Source: Nymphaea colorata
Taxonomy: Eukaryota
DNA length: 64,000 nucleotides
Direction: 5' to 3'
Assembly (NCBI RefSeq): GCF_008831285.2
Contig: NC_045138.2
Coordinates: 8,246,001 to 8,310,000 of the forward strand
Both the position numbers and the translations under genes were made by a program. The number at the start of each line of letters is the position of its first letter. Positions within the stretch are counted from its first letter, which is position 1. Below are positions 11,967 through 25,834 of this stretch, one piece after another. The notes beneath the pieces are model-generated. The model made no database searches, was not told the DNA's origin, and worked only from the letters and a program-made list of their open reading frames with translations.

Positions 11967-12620
11967 ATGGCATCTTCGAAAACCATCGTCACCATTCTGT
12001 TGGCGATGGCCATGGCCGCCGCTGCGTCTGCTGCCACATACACAGTCGGTGACAGCGCCGGTTGGATGATTCCGGGCACACCCACCTTCTACGACAAATG
12101 GGCCGCTTCCAAAACTTTTCGCGTTAACGACAAGCTGGGTGCGCAGCTCGATTCCTTCCCCCCCTCCCACCATTTCTTCTTCTTCTTCATGAAATTGAGA
12201 TTGATGTTTCTTCTTTTTTCTCCATTTGGTTTTTCTTCAGTTTTCAACTTCCCGGCGGGAGCGCACACAGCGGTCAGGGTATCCGAGAATGAGTACAAAG
12301 CTTGCACCTTCGCCAACCCCATGGAGAGGTATACAACAAGCCCAGCGACCGTCACGCTCAACGACACTGGAGCTCACTACTACCTCTGCGACGTCACCGG
12401 GCATTGCAGCGCCGGGCAGAAGGTCTCCATCAATGTCGTCTCTGCCGCTGCCTCTCCTTTACCATCGCAGCCAACTCCTGCTCCTCCTGTTGCCGGATCA
12501 GCACCAAGCACGTTGCCTACTCCATCCAGCCAACCGACTCCCTCTGCAGCTTCCTTCAGCAGAGGATTCAAATGCACCACCTTTCTGGCATTGGTGCTTG
12601 CCTTTACCTTTATGTGGTAG
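11967..12620 (+). CDS. Stellacyanin-type phytocyanin (blue copper protein), signal peptide, short AGP-like tail and GPI-type C-terminus; exons 11967-12138 and 12241-12620, 183 aa
   Basis: Plastocyanin-like domain (YTVGDSAGW...W...F.V.D.L.F.F); ligands H(AHTAV), C(YYLC), H(GHC), Q(GQKV); disulfide Cys pair; GT-AG intron 12139-12240 restores DKL-VFNF; hydrophobic N- and C-termini. Confidence 0.93.
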   Translation: MASSKTIVTILLAMAMAAAASAATYTVGDSAGWMIPGTPTFYDKWAASKTFRVNDKLGAQLDSFPPSHHFFFFFMKLRLMFLLFSPFGFSSVFNFPAGAHTAVRVSENEYKACTFANPMERYTTSPATVTLNDTGAHYYLCDVTGHCSAGQKVSINVVSAAASPLPSQPTPAPPVAGSAPSTLPTPSSQPTPSAASFSRGFKCTTFLALVLAFTFMW

Positions 12621-14141
12621 ATGGAACTACACTTATAACTTTTGTTAGGCTCTTGTAGCGTTCCTTTTCACCATTCTCTTTAGTGATCGGAGGAGTTGAG
12701 TCCATTGCGTGATTTCTACCTTTTCTGTTGTTTTGTTTTGTAATAATGGAGTCTTTTATGACTTGTCAGAGAAGGGAGACCCCATTTTTTATCAATACAA
12801 ACATATTCTTGTTTCAGTAGTTTCCTGCCTTCGTTGTGTTAGTTGTTCACTTAGGATAAATTGTATTGGGCTTAAAACTACTTATACCATAATACATCCA
12901 ACGTTTTGGTTTGCTTCAGGTGGACTTGTAGTTATAGTATAACCTTTTAATAGTGTCATACTTAAATTGTTTACCTCTTAAGAGAATAGCACACCAAAAC
13001 GTGATAGCGACCATGGGATTCATTTTGCAGCCCCGTTGTGTTGTTTCCGTTGAGGCGTCCTACTTTCTTTTAAGTTACTTTTTTTTTCCCCCAAAATTAT
13101 TAGTTTCAAGCTTTTAAGGGTGGGCTTTCACGATCTTCATAGTGGAGCTAGCCGATCAGCACTTGGATCCCGTGGAAGTAAAGGGATACTCATAATCATC
13201 CTCACTGGTTAGATTCATCCTTCGACATCCATATTCTTTATCATTAATCTAAGGGCAACATTCAATATAAATAAAATTGAAAATGATTGGGATATGACAA
13301 AAAAAAAATCACCTGCTATATGACATATGTAATAAATAAGTGTTAAAATATATTTTTTTTCTATTAACTAGTCCAAATTAATCTTTTTCTTTAGTGTCTG
13401 ACGTTTGACTTGTGTTTTCAAGAATGGTGGGAATAACCTTGTAGAGTTCCTCTGCTTAGATCGCTTTTGGTACTTTGTCCCTAACATGCGAAGGCACGTT
13501 TCCACATTTTACAAGAAGGGTGTTTTTTGTATTTTTTAAGGATAAAATTTTACTTGTTCCACTTTTGCCCTTATAGAAAAGGGTTTGCAGTTTAACTAAT
13601 GGTAGTATTTTGGTCATTTTATCTTATAACACATTGTCCCTTCCGATGCTAACTTGCTAGAGAGAAGCGGCTCCCCAAACCTTTTTATTAAAAAAGAATA
13701 AAAAAATAAACTACAAAATACAATAGGTACAATATATACAGAAGGAGGACGCCAGTCCTCACTGTATTAAAATCAAGCCCACTTCAGAATTTAAGGGTAT
13801 CGGTCTCCCAAGGAGATCGCAGACATCCCAAGATGAGTTAAAATTCAACAACAACAAAAACTTTCCCTAGTCTATCCCTCCCAAAAAAGGCAGAAACCTA
13901 TTACTAAACTGTAGTAGCAGCAACAGGTAAAAAAGTTATATCTACATAAAACAGGACATAAGAAAGATTTTTTAGGAATTGTTGTGCCGGCCATGCCCAT
14001 ATGATGCCTGCAAAAACTCTTGAACGAGCCATAATATATAACTTGCTATGCTGCATCTTGCATCCCAAAAATGGTTCTAAAATCGCAAGCTTCATGTGAT
14101 GCATGGAGTCTTTTGTTTGCCATGTGAGGATTCACCGAATT

Positions 14142-17100
14142 TATTAAAATACGATGCAAACAATTTTAGTAAATGTGTGGAATAAATATTACAGTTTTTG
14201 TTTTAATGTTAGAGAGTCATGACATAGTGAATTAAGGGTTTAATGTCAAGAGTTATGGCATAATAAATCAAAGTGGTAATGAGGAGCTTTTTTATTTTTA
14301 ATGTCTTCTAATATTAGGTTTGTAATGGTCATTAGTGTGAAGGTTTATGAGTCATAAGTTGAGTGTCTTGTGGTAACCTATAAATAGTTTTCTTGGTTTG
14401 TGTCATTTGTATCAAGTGTAAGGTCTGCTAAGATGACCTTGTAGGAGTTGTGAGTTGTATCTCTAATTCAGAAGTTGTTTTACAAAGTTCATTGTGTCCA
14501 ACATAAGGTATAGTGTTTATTGCCAACATTTGGGTATCAGAGTCCAGGTTTGATCAAACTAGGTGCATTCATCGAGGTAAATTAGTACATAAAGAAGATT
14601 GTTTTGAGGCTGAGGTTGTTCGTAAACGCCTGATTGAAAAATGTCACCGAATGATATCAATTTGAATACTATTCACAACCTCACACACACTTTGGTTCCT
14701 ATTTTTAATTGGAAAAATTATGAATTTTGGAGCACTAAAATGAAGACATTTTTTACTTCACAAGATCTTTAGGATCTAGTTGAAAATGATGTGGCAATGT
14801 CTTCAAATGAAGCAAAAGAGACATGCAAGAAGGATGCAAAGGTTCTTCTTGTTTTGCAGCAAGTTGTGATTGAAAATATTTTTCCTTGCATTGCAGCAGC
14901 GACCAAGTCAAGTGAATCTTGGAATATTTTGAAGAAAGCTTATCATAGAGATAACAAGGTAGCGATAGTAAAACTTCAAACTCTACATAGAGAATTTGAG
15001 ACCTTGCAAATGAAAGAAAATGGATGCATCCAAAATTTTTTCTTTAGAATATCTACTACCTTAAATCAAATGAAAACCTTTAGAGGAATAATGAAAGACA
15101 AAAAGGTAGTAGAAAAGATTTTACAAAGTTTTCCATTCAAATTTGATCATGTCGTAATTGCTATAAAAGAATTTATACACATGAGTAATTATTCTATTAA
15201 CGAATTGGTGGGTTTACTTTTAGCACATGAAGTGAGATTGAAAAGGTCAATAGAAAAATGTATTGACATGCATTTTGAGCTAAGATAGAAATTTCTAACA
15301 AGCAAAAGGATGGCAAAGGTATGTCAAATAGTAAAATATGCAGGTAGAGGAGTGGCGGAAGTAGCTATCGTGGTCATGGCTATGGTCATGGCTATGGCCA
15401 TGGGAGATTTGGTGTGGGTCGTTAGAACGCTGACTATGGTAGTAATCAAAGACCAAATTACAGAGACAAGCAATCCTATTTTTGTGTAAAATATGGCACC
15501 TTGAGACAAGGTGTTGGGAGAAGGCAAGAAAGCAGGCCATTCGAAAGAAAGTAATCAAGGTAACCTTTTCATTGCCCATTCGAAATCTAAGGTCGATCAT
15601 GTGTGGTTTTTAGATAGTGGCCGCAGTAACCATATGACAGGTGGAAAGAATTTTTTCCACCATATTGATGAGTTTGTGAAGGTATGTGTACGACTCGGAA
15701 ATAACAAGCAAGTACAAAGTGAAGGCAAATGAACTATTGAAGTTAAAAGTAAATCAAATAGTAAAAAGTGAATCCATGATATTATTACATACCTGGTTTA
15801 ACTTATAACTTATTATGTATTGGACAATTGCTTGAAAATGGTTATGTACTTAATTTTAATGGTGAAACCAATAAAATCAAGAAAAAGCGGTCAGATAGTA
15901 AGTCTTTCATTATAGTGAAGATGACTCCACATAGGATGTTTCCACTTGAATTTTCACATATAAATGAAGTTGCATTAGTCAGTGATGTTGATAAAATCTC
16001 TCAGCTTTGGCATTTAAGGTATGGTCATTTGCATTATAATGGTCTAAAATTATTAAACAATAAAACCATGGTTTTGGGTTTACCACATATCACATGTAGT
16101 GATGAAATTTGTGAACAATGTTTATATGAAAAGCAACATCGTATGTCTTTCCCAATTAAAAAAGCATGGAAGGCCAATAAGCCTCTTGAATTAGTCCATC
16201 TAGACATTTGTGGGCCTATGAATACTCCTTCCTTGAACAACAATAGATATTTTCTATTGTTTATCGATGATTTTACTCGTATGTTTACCCAAAAATCTGA
16301 AGATTTTGAAATATTTGAAGAATTCAAAGCTTTAGTAGAAAAGAGCAGCAATCGTGCCATAAAATGTTTGCGCAAAAATAGAAGAGGAGAATTTTTATAT
16401 ATTGATTTTATGATTTTTTGCAAAAAAATGGAATTCATAGGCAGTTGACAGTAAGGAAGACACCCCAGCATAATGGTGTTGAGTGAAAGAATAGAACTGT
16501 GCTAGAAATGGCTAAAAGTATGCTGAGTGAAAGTCAACTTTCAAATGATTTTTGGACAGAAGCAATCTACTATGGTTCATATTTTAAATATTTTGCCAAC
16601 TAAAGAGTACACAATCAAACACTCTGGTGGAAACACATACCCAATGTAAGTGATTTACGAGTTTTTGGACAAGAAAAGTGAAAAATGTGTTTTTGTTGGA
16701 TATTCAGACGTTACGAAAAGGTATTGGTTGCATGATTCTGATACCAAAAAACTTATTATTCGGTGAGATGTTACGAAAAGGTATTGGTTGCATAATTCTG
16801 ATACCAAAAAACTTATTATTCGGTGAGATGTTGTTTTTTATGAAAGCAGTTTTTGAAAGTGAGATAACAAAGATGAACATTGGGTTATTGAAAATGACAA
16901 AAAAGAACCAAATGAATTTGAAAAAGATGAATCCCAGCCTCTACCAACAACATCATTTTCATGGAGAGCTTAAAGAAACCAAGACATTGAACCTATTATG
17001 GACAGAGATAGTCCTCCCCAAAAGGTAATGAGAGTTGATGATCTTTATAATTGTGCACTTGCTTTGATGGTTACAGAACCAAGATGTTATGAAGATGCTT

Positions 17101-19006
17101 GCAGAAATCAAGAATGGGAGAAATCCATGGAAAAAGAAATAGCGGTCATTAAAAGGAATGACACTTGAGAACTTGTAGATATACCAAATGACCAAAATGC
17201 CATTGGTGTTAAATGAGTCTACAAAATAAAATATAATGTTGATGGAAGGGTACAAAAATACAAAGCAAGACTTGTCACAAAAGGGTATGCTCAAGAATAT
17301 GGGGTAGATTTTTTTTAAAAAAAAATCTCATGTTGCATGTTTTGAAAATATTATAATCATTTTGGCATTAGCTGCTCATATAAAATGATCAACTTTTCAG
17401 TTTGATGTAAAGTCTATATTTTCAAATGGCTTCTAGGAAGAAGAAGTCTATATTTGCCAACCACAAGGATCTGTTATTAATGGACAAGAAGAGAAGGTAT
17501 AGAGATTGAAAAAGCTCTTTATGATCTTAAGAAAGCACCATGAGCTTGGTATGAGAGATTAGGCATATGCTTAATTTATAATTGTTTTCACAAAAGCGAA
17601 AGTGAACCCATTTTATATGTGAAGGGAATAGGCAATGATGTTCTCATAGTGTGTTTATGTAGATGACATCACTTATACATGCTTCTCTAATAGTCTCATT
17701 GAAAGATTTAAGACAAATATGTTGTGTGAATTTGATATGTCAAATCATGAATTGTTACATTATTTTGTTGGACCTTATGTTTAACAGACTAACATTGGTA
17801 TTTTTATTTTTCAAGAAAAATATGTTTTGAACATCTTTGAGAAATTTAATATATTATCATGCAAGTCATCTTCCACTCCCATGAATACTAATGAGAAGTT
17901 AATTATAAATGATGGTATTGTGAGAGCCGATGAGAAATTATACAAAAGTTTCGTTGGAAAATTAATGTACCTCACACAAACACGCCCAGATATTGTGTAC
18001 CCAGTTGGTCTAGTGTCAAGATTTATGCATTGTCCATCAATATATCATTTAGAAGTAGCAAAACATATTCTTTGTTACATCCAATCAACAATCAACTACG
18101 AGATTTGATACCAATCTAATTCTAATTTTAAGTTAATTAGCTTTCCTGACAGTGTCTGGGTTGATTTTGTTGATGATAAGTGGATGTGCTTTTACTCTTT
18201 GATCGGCGGCTATGTCATGGATGTCCAAAAAACAAACAACTATGGCTCCATCATATTCTGAAACAAAATATGTTGCAGCCATTACATCTGCATGTCAAGC
18301 TATTTGGATACGAAGAACTTTGAGCGACTTGCACCAAAAGAAAGATGATTGAACTTTTTGTGATGATCAAGCAACAATCGCCATGACAAAATATCTAGTT
18401 GCATGAAAGAACTAAACACATTGAGTTATGTCACCACTTTATATGTGAATTTGTTGTTGACAAAATGATAATAATGAAATATTGTTCCACAAATAATCCA
18501 GTTGCAAACGGACTTACGAAAGCACTTGACCGTTCAAAGTTTGTAAAATTTAGGTAATCTTTTGGAGTATCGAGTTTTACATCAAAAGGAGTATTAAATT
18601 ATGATGCAAACAATTTTAGTAAATGTGTGGAATAAATATTGTAGTTTTTGTTTTAATGTCATAGAGTTATAGCATAGTGAATTATGGGTTTAATGCCAAG
18701 AGTTATGGCATAATAAATTAAGGTGGTAATGAGAAGGTTTTTTTTTTATTTTTAATGTCTTTTAATATCATGTTTGCAATGGCCATTAGTGGTGGAGGTT
18801 TATGAGTCATAAGTTGAGTGTCTTGAGGTAAATTATAAATAGGTGCATTGGTTTGTATCATTTGTATCAAGTGTAAGGTGTGCCAAGGTAGCCTTGTGGG
18901 AGTTCTGAGTTGTAGGAGTGCTCTCTTCCTCTAATTCAGAAGTTGTTTTCCAAAGTTCATTGTGTGCATAATAACATACAATGTTCTACTATTGTTTCTT
19001 ACCAAA
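14142..19006 (+). mobile_element. Old full-length Ty1/copia LTR retrotransposon, inactivated; LTRs ~14142-14528 and ~18592-19006
   Basis: Two homologous LTRs; Met-i PBS-like TGGGTATCAGAGTCC at 14531; purine tract before 18592; gag, protease (WFLDSG), integrase (WHLRYGH, LVHLDICGP), RT and RNase H remnants with many stops and frameshifts; flanks GAATT/TAATT. Confidence 0.92.
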
Positions 19007-19317
19007 TAATTATTATCCGGTAGGACATGAGAACACTTGCAGATCAAATTCTATCCATCATGTGCTTGCATCGACAACAACCATCAGAGGCCCTCTTAGC
19101 TATGTTACCTAGAAATTGAGGGAGGTGGATGAATTTATATAGAGCAAATATCTTCAATGAGTGAAATAAGGCCAATAAAGATAATTCCCATATAACTAGC
19201 AAACTTCTAAAAGCAGGACTTCTGCATGTTTTCATATTGGAGAACATGCTTTTCAATATAAAATTCTTCAATGTCCACATTGTTTTCTCATCATTGAAGT
19301 TCTTTACTAGTTACAAT

Positions 19318-19775
19318 TAGGGATGTTCAATAAGTCAAGCCAGCTCAAGCTCGAGACAAACTCGATCATTTAAACTTGATTTGTTTAATAAACGAGTCAT
19401 GTTAAAGTTGAAAAATGAACTCGATTAACTTAACAAGTTGAGCTCGAGCAAAGGAGGTTCAACTCAACTAAACTCAATTAAGCTCGTAGAAAGAATATAT
19501 ATAAAATGCCTTGCACCATATTGTCATATGTACAAAAATATCCCGATTCGCTTCCTTGTGGTTGACAACCTTGATGTTCAAGGTTCAAACATGAGTGTCC
19601 TCAGACATATTAAAATAATTTTTAATGAATGGCTTAGCTAAGTGCAAACCCAGGTTAATGAATAAGCTTGGCTAAGGTTGAGCTTAATTGAGTCAAGTTC
19701 GAGCACCTATGCTCAAGTCGAGCCGAGCTCGAGCTCGAGTTCAGTTCTATGATACTCGAGCTGAGTTTGACTCTG
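19318..19775. mobile_element. hAT-type MITE with CTCGAG/GAGCTC subterminal repeats
   Basis: Starts TAGGGATGTTCAATAAGTCAAGCC; both ends rich in GCTCGAG; same family end at 24827 (reverse) and 58806. Confidence 0.6.
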
Positions 19776-20446
19776 TCCTCCACAATTTCAAGTGCGGATC
19801 TATTAGTATAACTGCACTTAATGGCAAACTTCATGACAATGATGCTTAGTCGAAATCTCTTCTCAAGTTGGGTTAAGCCATTGGGGTACACTTCAGCATA
19901 ATATTATGTTCCATGATAGAAATACCAGAAATAGAGGACAGCCAAGTTCACTATCAATCTATGGATTATGAATGTTAGAAAAATGATCAAATTTTACATG
20001 AAAAATGTCATGTAAACAAGCACCTAATAGATGATTGATGATGAGACATCTGGCTTCATTCTGCCAGCCCTATTCCTAAGGTTAAAAGGAGGTCAAAATT
20101 TTGAGAAAGTATTTCAAATGCAGCAAATAGAAAGCCATATGCCAAAGAAAGCTCTAGTAGATCTCTTCTTGAATTAGATTGACAAATTTGAGGCTCTATA
20201 AAATATCGATCAGCAAGAGGTGGATGACCAGGAACACTCAGCTCCTATTCTTGTAACCAAGTATGTATTCTATTGATTTGGCATGTAATATGGATCAATA
20301 TGAAGACTGGAGAAAGGATAAGGTTCACAAGTAAAAAAAGAAAGATATATCCAAATGTGACAAGTAGAATCACCGTATAGGAAAAGAAATAATATTGAAT
20401 CCTTTGTAAAATAGAAAGCCTTTAAAAACAGCTTATTTGTCCATCA

Positions 20447-23400
20447 TGTTAGAGTAGATCCAGATAATGGACAGTCTCTTATGCGTGCATGTTTATGTGC
20501 ATATGTGTATCATGCATTTTATCAATAAAGTATATGTGAGAGAGTATTTGGCCATGGATGCAAGTTCACGTTGAACCAAACCACATAAAATTGTTTATCG
20601 GTTCTTTCCTTTCTTTATGGTATCAAAGCAATAGTTCTTCCATTGCGTGATACTTGGTTCTTTTTCTTATTTGTTTGTTGTGGCTTCCTCCTCTACTGCT
20701 GCTCCCCTGACCCAAATTTATCTTTTTCTAAAGGTTTCTCAATGTAATTTTCTTCTTTGAAAAACTCTACAACTCGCCCTGCTTGAAAGCCAAGATCTTC
20801 AAGGGACCATCACGTCTTAGACTAAACTGTGTTTCTCAAGTTCATAATAGAAGTGGCAACAAAAAACCTGACTTGCACGACATGGAAGCAAACAAATCAT
20901 TTAATAAAAGGTTGTGTTACTAGTGGCCTTTTTGAAAATATGCTTTTCTAGGGCTTGTTGTTGGATATGATTCATCCAAAGAAATTTGTGATGCTCTTAG
21001 TAACTCTTTACTCCTTTGCTAACGAGACCAAAGGAAAGGGAATGCAACCTCTCACCACTTTGAAAAAAGAACGATGATCCTCTTGCTTCCCACAGCTCTA
21101 TGCGTGATAGGCTTGCTATGATCGGGAAGACCTTTCATGATGACACACATGTTTTTTGGCCCCTTATAGGGACTTGGTGACGGATATGAGTCATTTGTTG
21201 CAGCCATGCTTAAGCCTCCAAAACTCTGCTTATTACCTTGCTTCAAAGTTTTGATGATAGGCTAAAACTTTTATCACTACCCACTACATATATTGCAATG
21301 TTTAATCAATGAGGTAGTGGTTGACATGGTAAGGAGGCAGATGTTTTAATGGACATCGTTATGGTAATTATGAAGGCAAGAACATTCGAAACGATTAGTT
21401 GTCCAAGTCTAATTCAAAGAAGGGTAAGCAGCTCATAGTTTATGAAAATAATTACAATTCAGCCATCAAGTGTCTTGAGCATTTTAACCATGTATATCAA
21501 AGTGAAGACACCCAGCATGCCTTATTTTTCATGATTATTGCTAATGGGCGGTTGAGTGGTTTGCTGAAATCGGGGCCTCTATGCACATGATGGATAACAA
21601 AGGCAAGTTAAAATATCTTTACTCATATTCTAGTTGAGATTATATTGTGGTAGAAAATGAGGATGTTTTATCAATCACTCATATTTGTGAAGGTATTACT
21701 TTTTGCAAAGATTATGAGATTAATTTATCAAAAGTTCTATACTTATGGGTCGAGTTTAAGTAAAAATGCATTATTTTTTGGGTTACTAACTCATGATTTT
21801 TCATATACGGTTGAATTTACTTTTGGATATTGCTTCATAAATGACAGAAAAAACAGCTCGGCTAATAACACATGAGAATAAGAAGGATGGGCTCTATGAC
21901 ATCGACAATGATAGAGGCACCACGGTTGATGGCAAAGGTGGTGAAATTGCTGCTTTATATTCAAAGATGCCTCTTCAGAAAACAATAAAGGGATGGCATC
22001 AGCATCTAAGCCATCTGCTTGAAGGAGCTGTTTGTTTTTGAATATTTATATCTTGCATTATGACAATAAAAACTTCATTTGTAATAGTTGGGCAAATCAT
22101 ATTGGCTTTCTTTCATTATTTCCGAGTATTATAACTTTGGCATGTTGAAACGATTCACTCTGATTTTAGGGGACTAGTCCCTTTATTTGTCATAAAAAGT
22201 ATTAGTATTGTGTTACTTTCTCATATGATTTTAGTTGGTTCACATGGTTCTACTCATTGAGACAAAATTAGAATTTTGTTTACTACTTATCCATTTGTAC
22301 ATATTTATTGAGAGACAATTTGATTAAAAAATAAAGGGTTTTCAATCGAATGGAGGAACTTAGTACACCAGTCGCAAATTTGTTATAACTCTCTCTAATC
22401 TAAGGATCAAGCAACATTTTTCTTGTTCTTATAATAACAAATAGAACATCTTGCATGCTTCAGAGTAAAACATAAAAACATTACTAAATTATGATTGATT
22501 ATATTATTTCATGGATTAGTTCCTAACAAATTTTGGTTATGAGCTTTTAACACTAAAGACTTTTTGATAAATTGTCTACCATTATCATTGATTACTATGA
22601 AATCACCTTATTTCAGATTATATGGAAAAGATCCAGACTAATCCATTATTCATGTGTTTGGGTGTCACTGCTACCTCTATTTGCTTGACTAACAAAAATA
22701 GATTTGATCCTAAAAGTTTACTATGTGTATTTTTAAGCTATAATCCCTAACATGAAGGGTATTTTTGTTTGAATCCTAGTAATAACTGATTTAATATATC
22801 ATGATATGTCATCCATATTTGAAGAAACTCAGTTGCCCAACAAAAAGTCATCTGAACTTTATGCGCCTAATCCTTTATTTAGACTTGTACACTTGAAGAA
22901 TGGGATGCTAGTAATGTTTTATCACAACAAAAGGATTTCGATCATAATGTTATTTCTCGAAGAGCTGATGAAGTTAATAGTCTCCATGAGGTTTGCTTAA
23001 GGAAAGATGATGAGGATCAATCTAACCAGCATGACAATAATGTTGAAGAGACTTAAGATAGGGACACACTGGTTTGGATGGTAATTTCTAACTTGGATTA
23101 AATGAAGATCATGTGCTCCATGTTAATGATAGAGACTATAATGTTGAACCGGTGTTATAAGAACTTTACTTTTTTGCAACTTTCTTTGCCTACAAGTGAA
23201 ATTGGAAGGGATATGGTGACTTGGTCCAAGTTAGGTATGTTTAAAACGAACCTCAAATATGTGTCATGGTCCTTCATTGTACAACGAAATTTTCACTAAA
23301 CCAACATCTATTAAGAGGCTTTTGCTCATCTTAGATGGAAAAATGCCATGGACAAAGAAATAGAAGTGTTTTGAAAAAATGAGGCATAGGGAATTAATCC

Positions 23401-23800
23401 CTTATGTACATGAAGTGAAGGTTGTCGGTTCAAAATTAGTTTTTAAAACTAACATGAAATCTGATGGATCTCTTGATAGTCTGAAAGTATATTTTTTGTT
23501 ACAAGTAAATTTATTCAAGTTGAGTGAATACATTTCTAAAAAACATGTTTTCTAGTTATAAAACCAGCTAGCATGCGAGTGGTGCTTTCACCTGCCAAGT
23601 GCCAATGTGAAAGGATGGGAAATTGAGTAGCTCGACATTTAGAATTATTTCCTTCATGGAAAATTTTATGAAAATATTTGTACGAGATATCCATCTGGTC
23701 AGGAAGAGACTCTTAAACCCATTTATTTTTTGCAAATTAAGTCGTACTTCATATAGTCTAAAACAGGCTTCAAGAGTCTGGTATGCACTTCTTGCATCTT
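20447..23800 (+). mobile_element. Highly degenerate, 3'-truncated Ty1/copia relic
   Basis: PBS-like TGGTATCAAAGC at 20618; remnants WHQHLSH (~21990), IHSD (~22155), VFGCHCY (~22655), RT motif CKLSRTSYSLKQASRVWY (~23730). Ends approximate. Confidence 0.75.
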
Positions 23801-24599
23801 CATGTTTCACTACGGTTTTACCAAGATTATTGCTGATAGACATACGCATTTACATTACATATGTTGGAAAGAGTAGTAAACAAGCTGATCAGGAAGTAGT
23901 GTTTACCCGATTCTTTCTCCCATTTTTTTTTTCAAATTATGTAATTTCCTAAATTATTTCTCGTTTCCCAAATTGGATTTTTTTTTTCTTAACCACAATA
24001 GTGAAGTGCTGGACCATTAGGTTGATTAACAGAAACCCTCATATTTGAGTACCAACAAAATCGCCTTAGTTGATAAATTTGGAAAGTGGATTTCAAAAGT
24101 ATCTAAGAAAGTGTGGGAATTATTATGGAAAATGCTTTTTCTCAAACCTGATTTTTTATTTTATTTTATTTTATTAGCACTCGTTTTGTTTTAAAGAGGC
24201 ACTTTCATCATTTATACATTTACTTTAGTCTTATCTTTTGAGAGCGCAAAAATGGGAATTTTTCTTTTTATGATATTTTTTCGGCTGAAACTTCAATTTT
24301 TCTATGTACACAGACTAAGTTAAAGAGAAATAAAGGAGCAAAATCATTGCCTTTTCTCTTCAAATTAAAATGAAAAAAGAAATTCAACTTAACTCTTTTA
24401 ACTTGTTTTAATCTGCCTCGTTTATTTTAACTTGTTAACTTGTTTAACTCGTTAACTTATTTAACTGGTTTCTTTTCATTAATTTAATTTTGAACTACCA
24501 TCTAACAGAAAATCAAAAGAATGAGTGCACATATTTTGCATCTAAATATTCCTTAAGAAACACTTAGCAACAAAAAAATCTCTCATGCATGACACATTT

Positions 24600-24827
24600 A
24601 TGTAGTCAAGCCAAGGTAAGTTTAAACGACTTCAGTACTTACAACTCAAACTCCATTTGTTTAGCATTTCCAGCATAAATTTGAATTCGAGCTTAACTTG
24701 GTTATTTGAGTTGAGCACTGAGCAGTAATTGAGTTTTTACGAGTGAGTTCGGATCGAGCCGGAGTTGGCTTGACTCATTGTGAGTTCGGATCGAGCCGGA
24801 GTTGGCTCGACTCATTGTGCAGCCCTA
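24600..24827. mobile_element. hAT-type MITE (family of 19318) with an internal 37-bp tandem duplication (24743-24816)
   Basis: Right end ...CTCGACTCATTGTGCAGCCCTA is the reverse-complement homolog of the 19318 start. Confidence 0.6.
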
Positions 24828-25834
24828 CATGAAAGTCTCCTTTTGAGCAATTGAGCGGCAACTAAGCAGGGTGTTAGGCATGTGTGTTTTATAAGAATTT
24901 TACCTTTCTTTTTTCACCATTATAGGCATCCTTGTCTTTTATTTAAAGGGGTATTTCAGTCTTTGCAAGCTTCAACCATGCATTCCCATTTAAGGCTCCA
25001 AGTAAAAGTTTGATCCTCCTTTTTTTATGAGTACTATTCCTCTAAACTAAATGTCACATCCAAATTCCAACACATCCTAAGATTTTAGGGACATGAGGAA
25101 GGCGAATGGGCTTATGCTCCATATAATTCTCAAAATCAAACCTCAAGGCCATCTTTGAGATATTGGTAAGAAGTTGGCATCATCTTACCCTTCTATAATT
25201 TTGCTCTTATTCAAACTAAAGTTAATAAAAAAAGAAAAAGTAGTTTACCATCGATTGATTTTAATCTGAGTAAGCGGCAAACTAGATTTGATTTGATGGG
25301 TGATTTATAATTGCTATGCAACATTTTGCAATTATTTTCTAAACATTTTATTGCACTTTTGTGAAGAGACATTTTCGAAATCCTGTTTCTGCCTTTATGG
25401 CAAGGCATCTTTCATTTTACCATCAATGGCATTTTGATCATTTTCATCACCGAACACACGGCTAAGGAGTCAGAAGCCATAACATATAAACTTCTGCAGC
25501 AATTTACAGTGCCAATTTATGTGTTATGGCCTTAACAGCAACCTTGTTGATACGCAAGCTTGCCACGTGTCAATAGGGGACAGCTTCTACGCCGGTCCTT
25601 ATGAAGGTTGACATTTCACGTTCTTGAGAGTTTACAGAACCCCTAAAAAATCTGGGACATGAGGCTCCTTTTTGGCATTATGGACAAATTACTGGGCCTT
25701 AATCACAATTACTTTTTTGTAACTTAAAGGGGGAACTGGTTACTTTCCACGGCCTTGTTTCACATGGCATCCACTGAGAAGTAAGAGCCGACAAGCCGGC
25801 CCTTTCCTGCCGTGCTAAAATCCGGCGTTCTGCC

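Noticed and set aside
19318..24827. One 5.5-kb hAT element bounded by inverted TAGGG(A/C)TG ends
   Set aside because: Flanks GTTACAAT and CATGAAAG are not a TSD; two separate MITE copies fit better.
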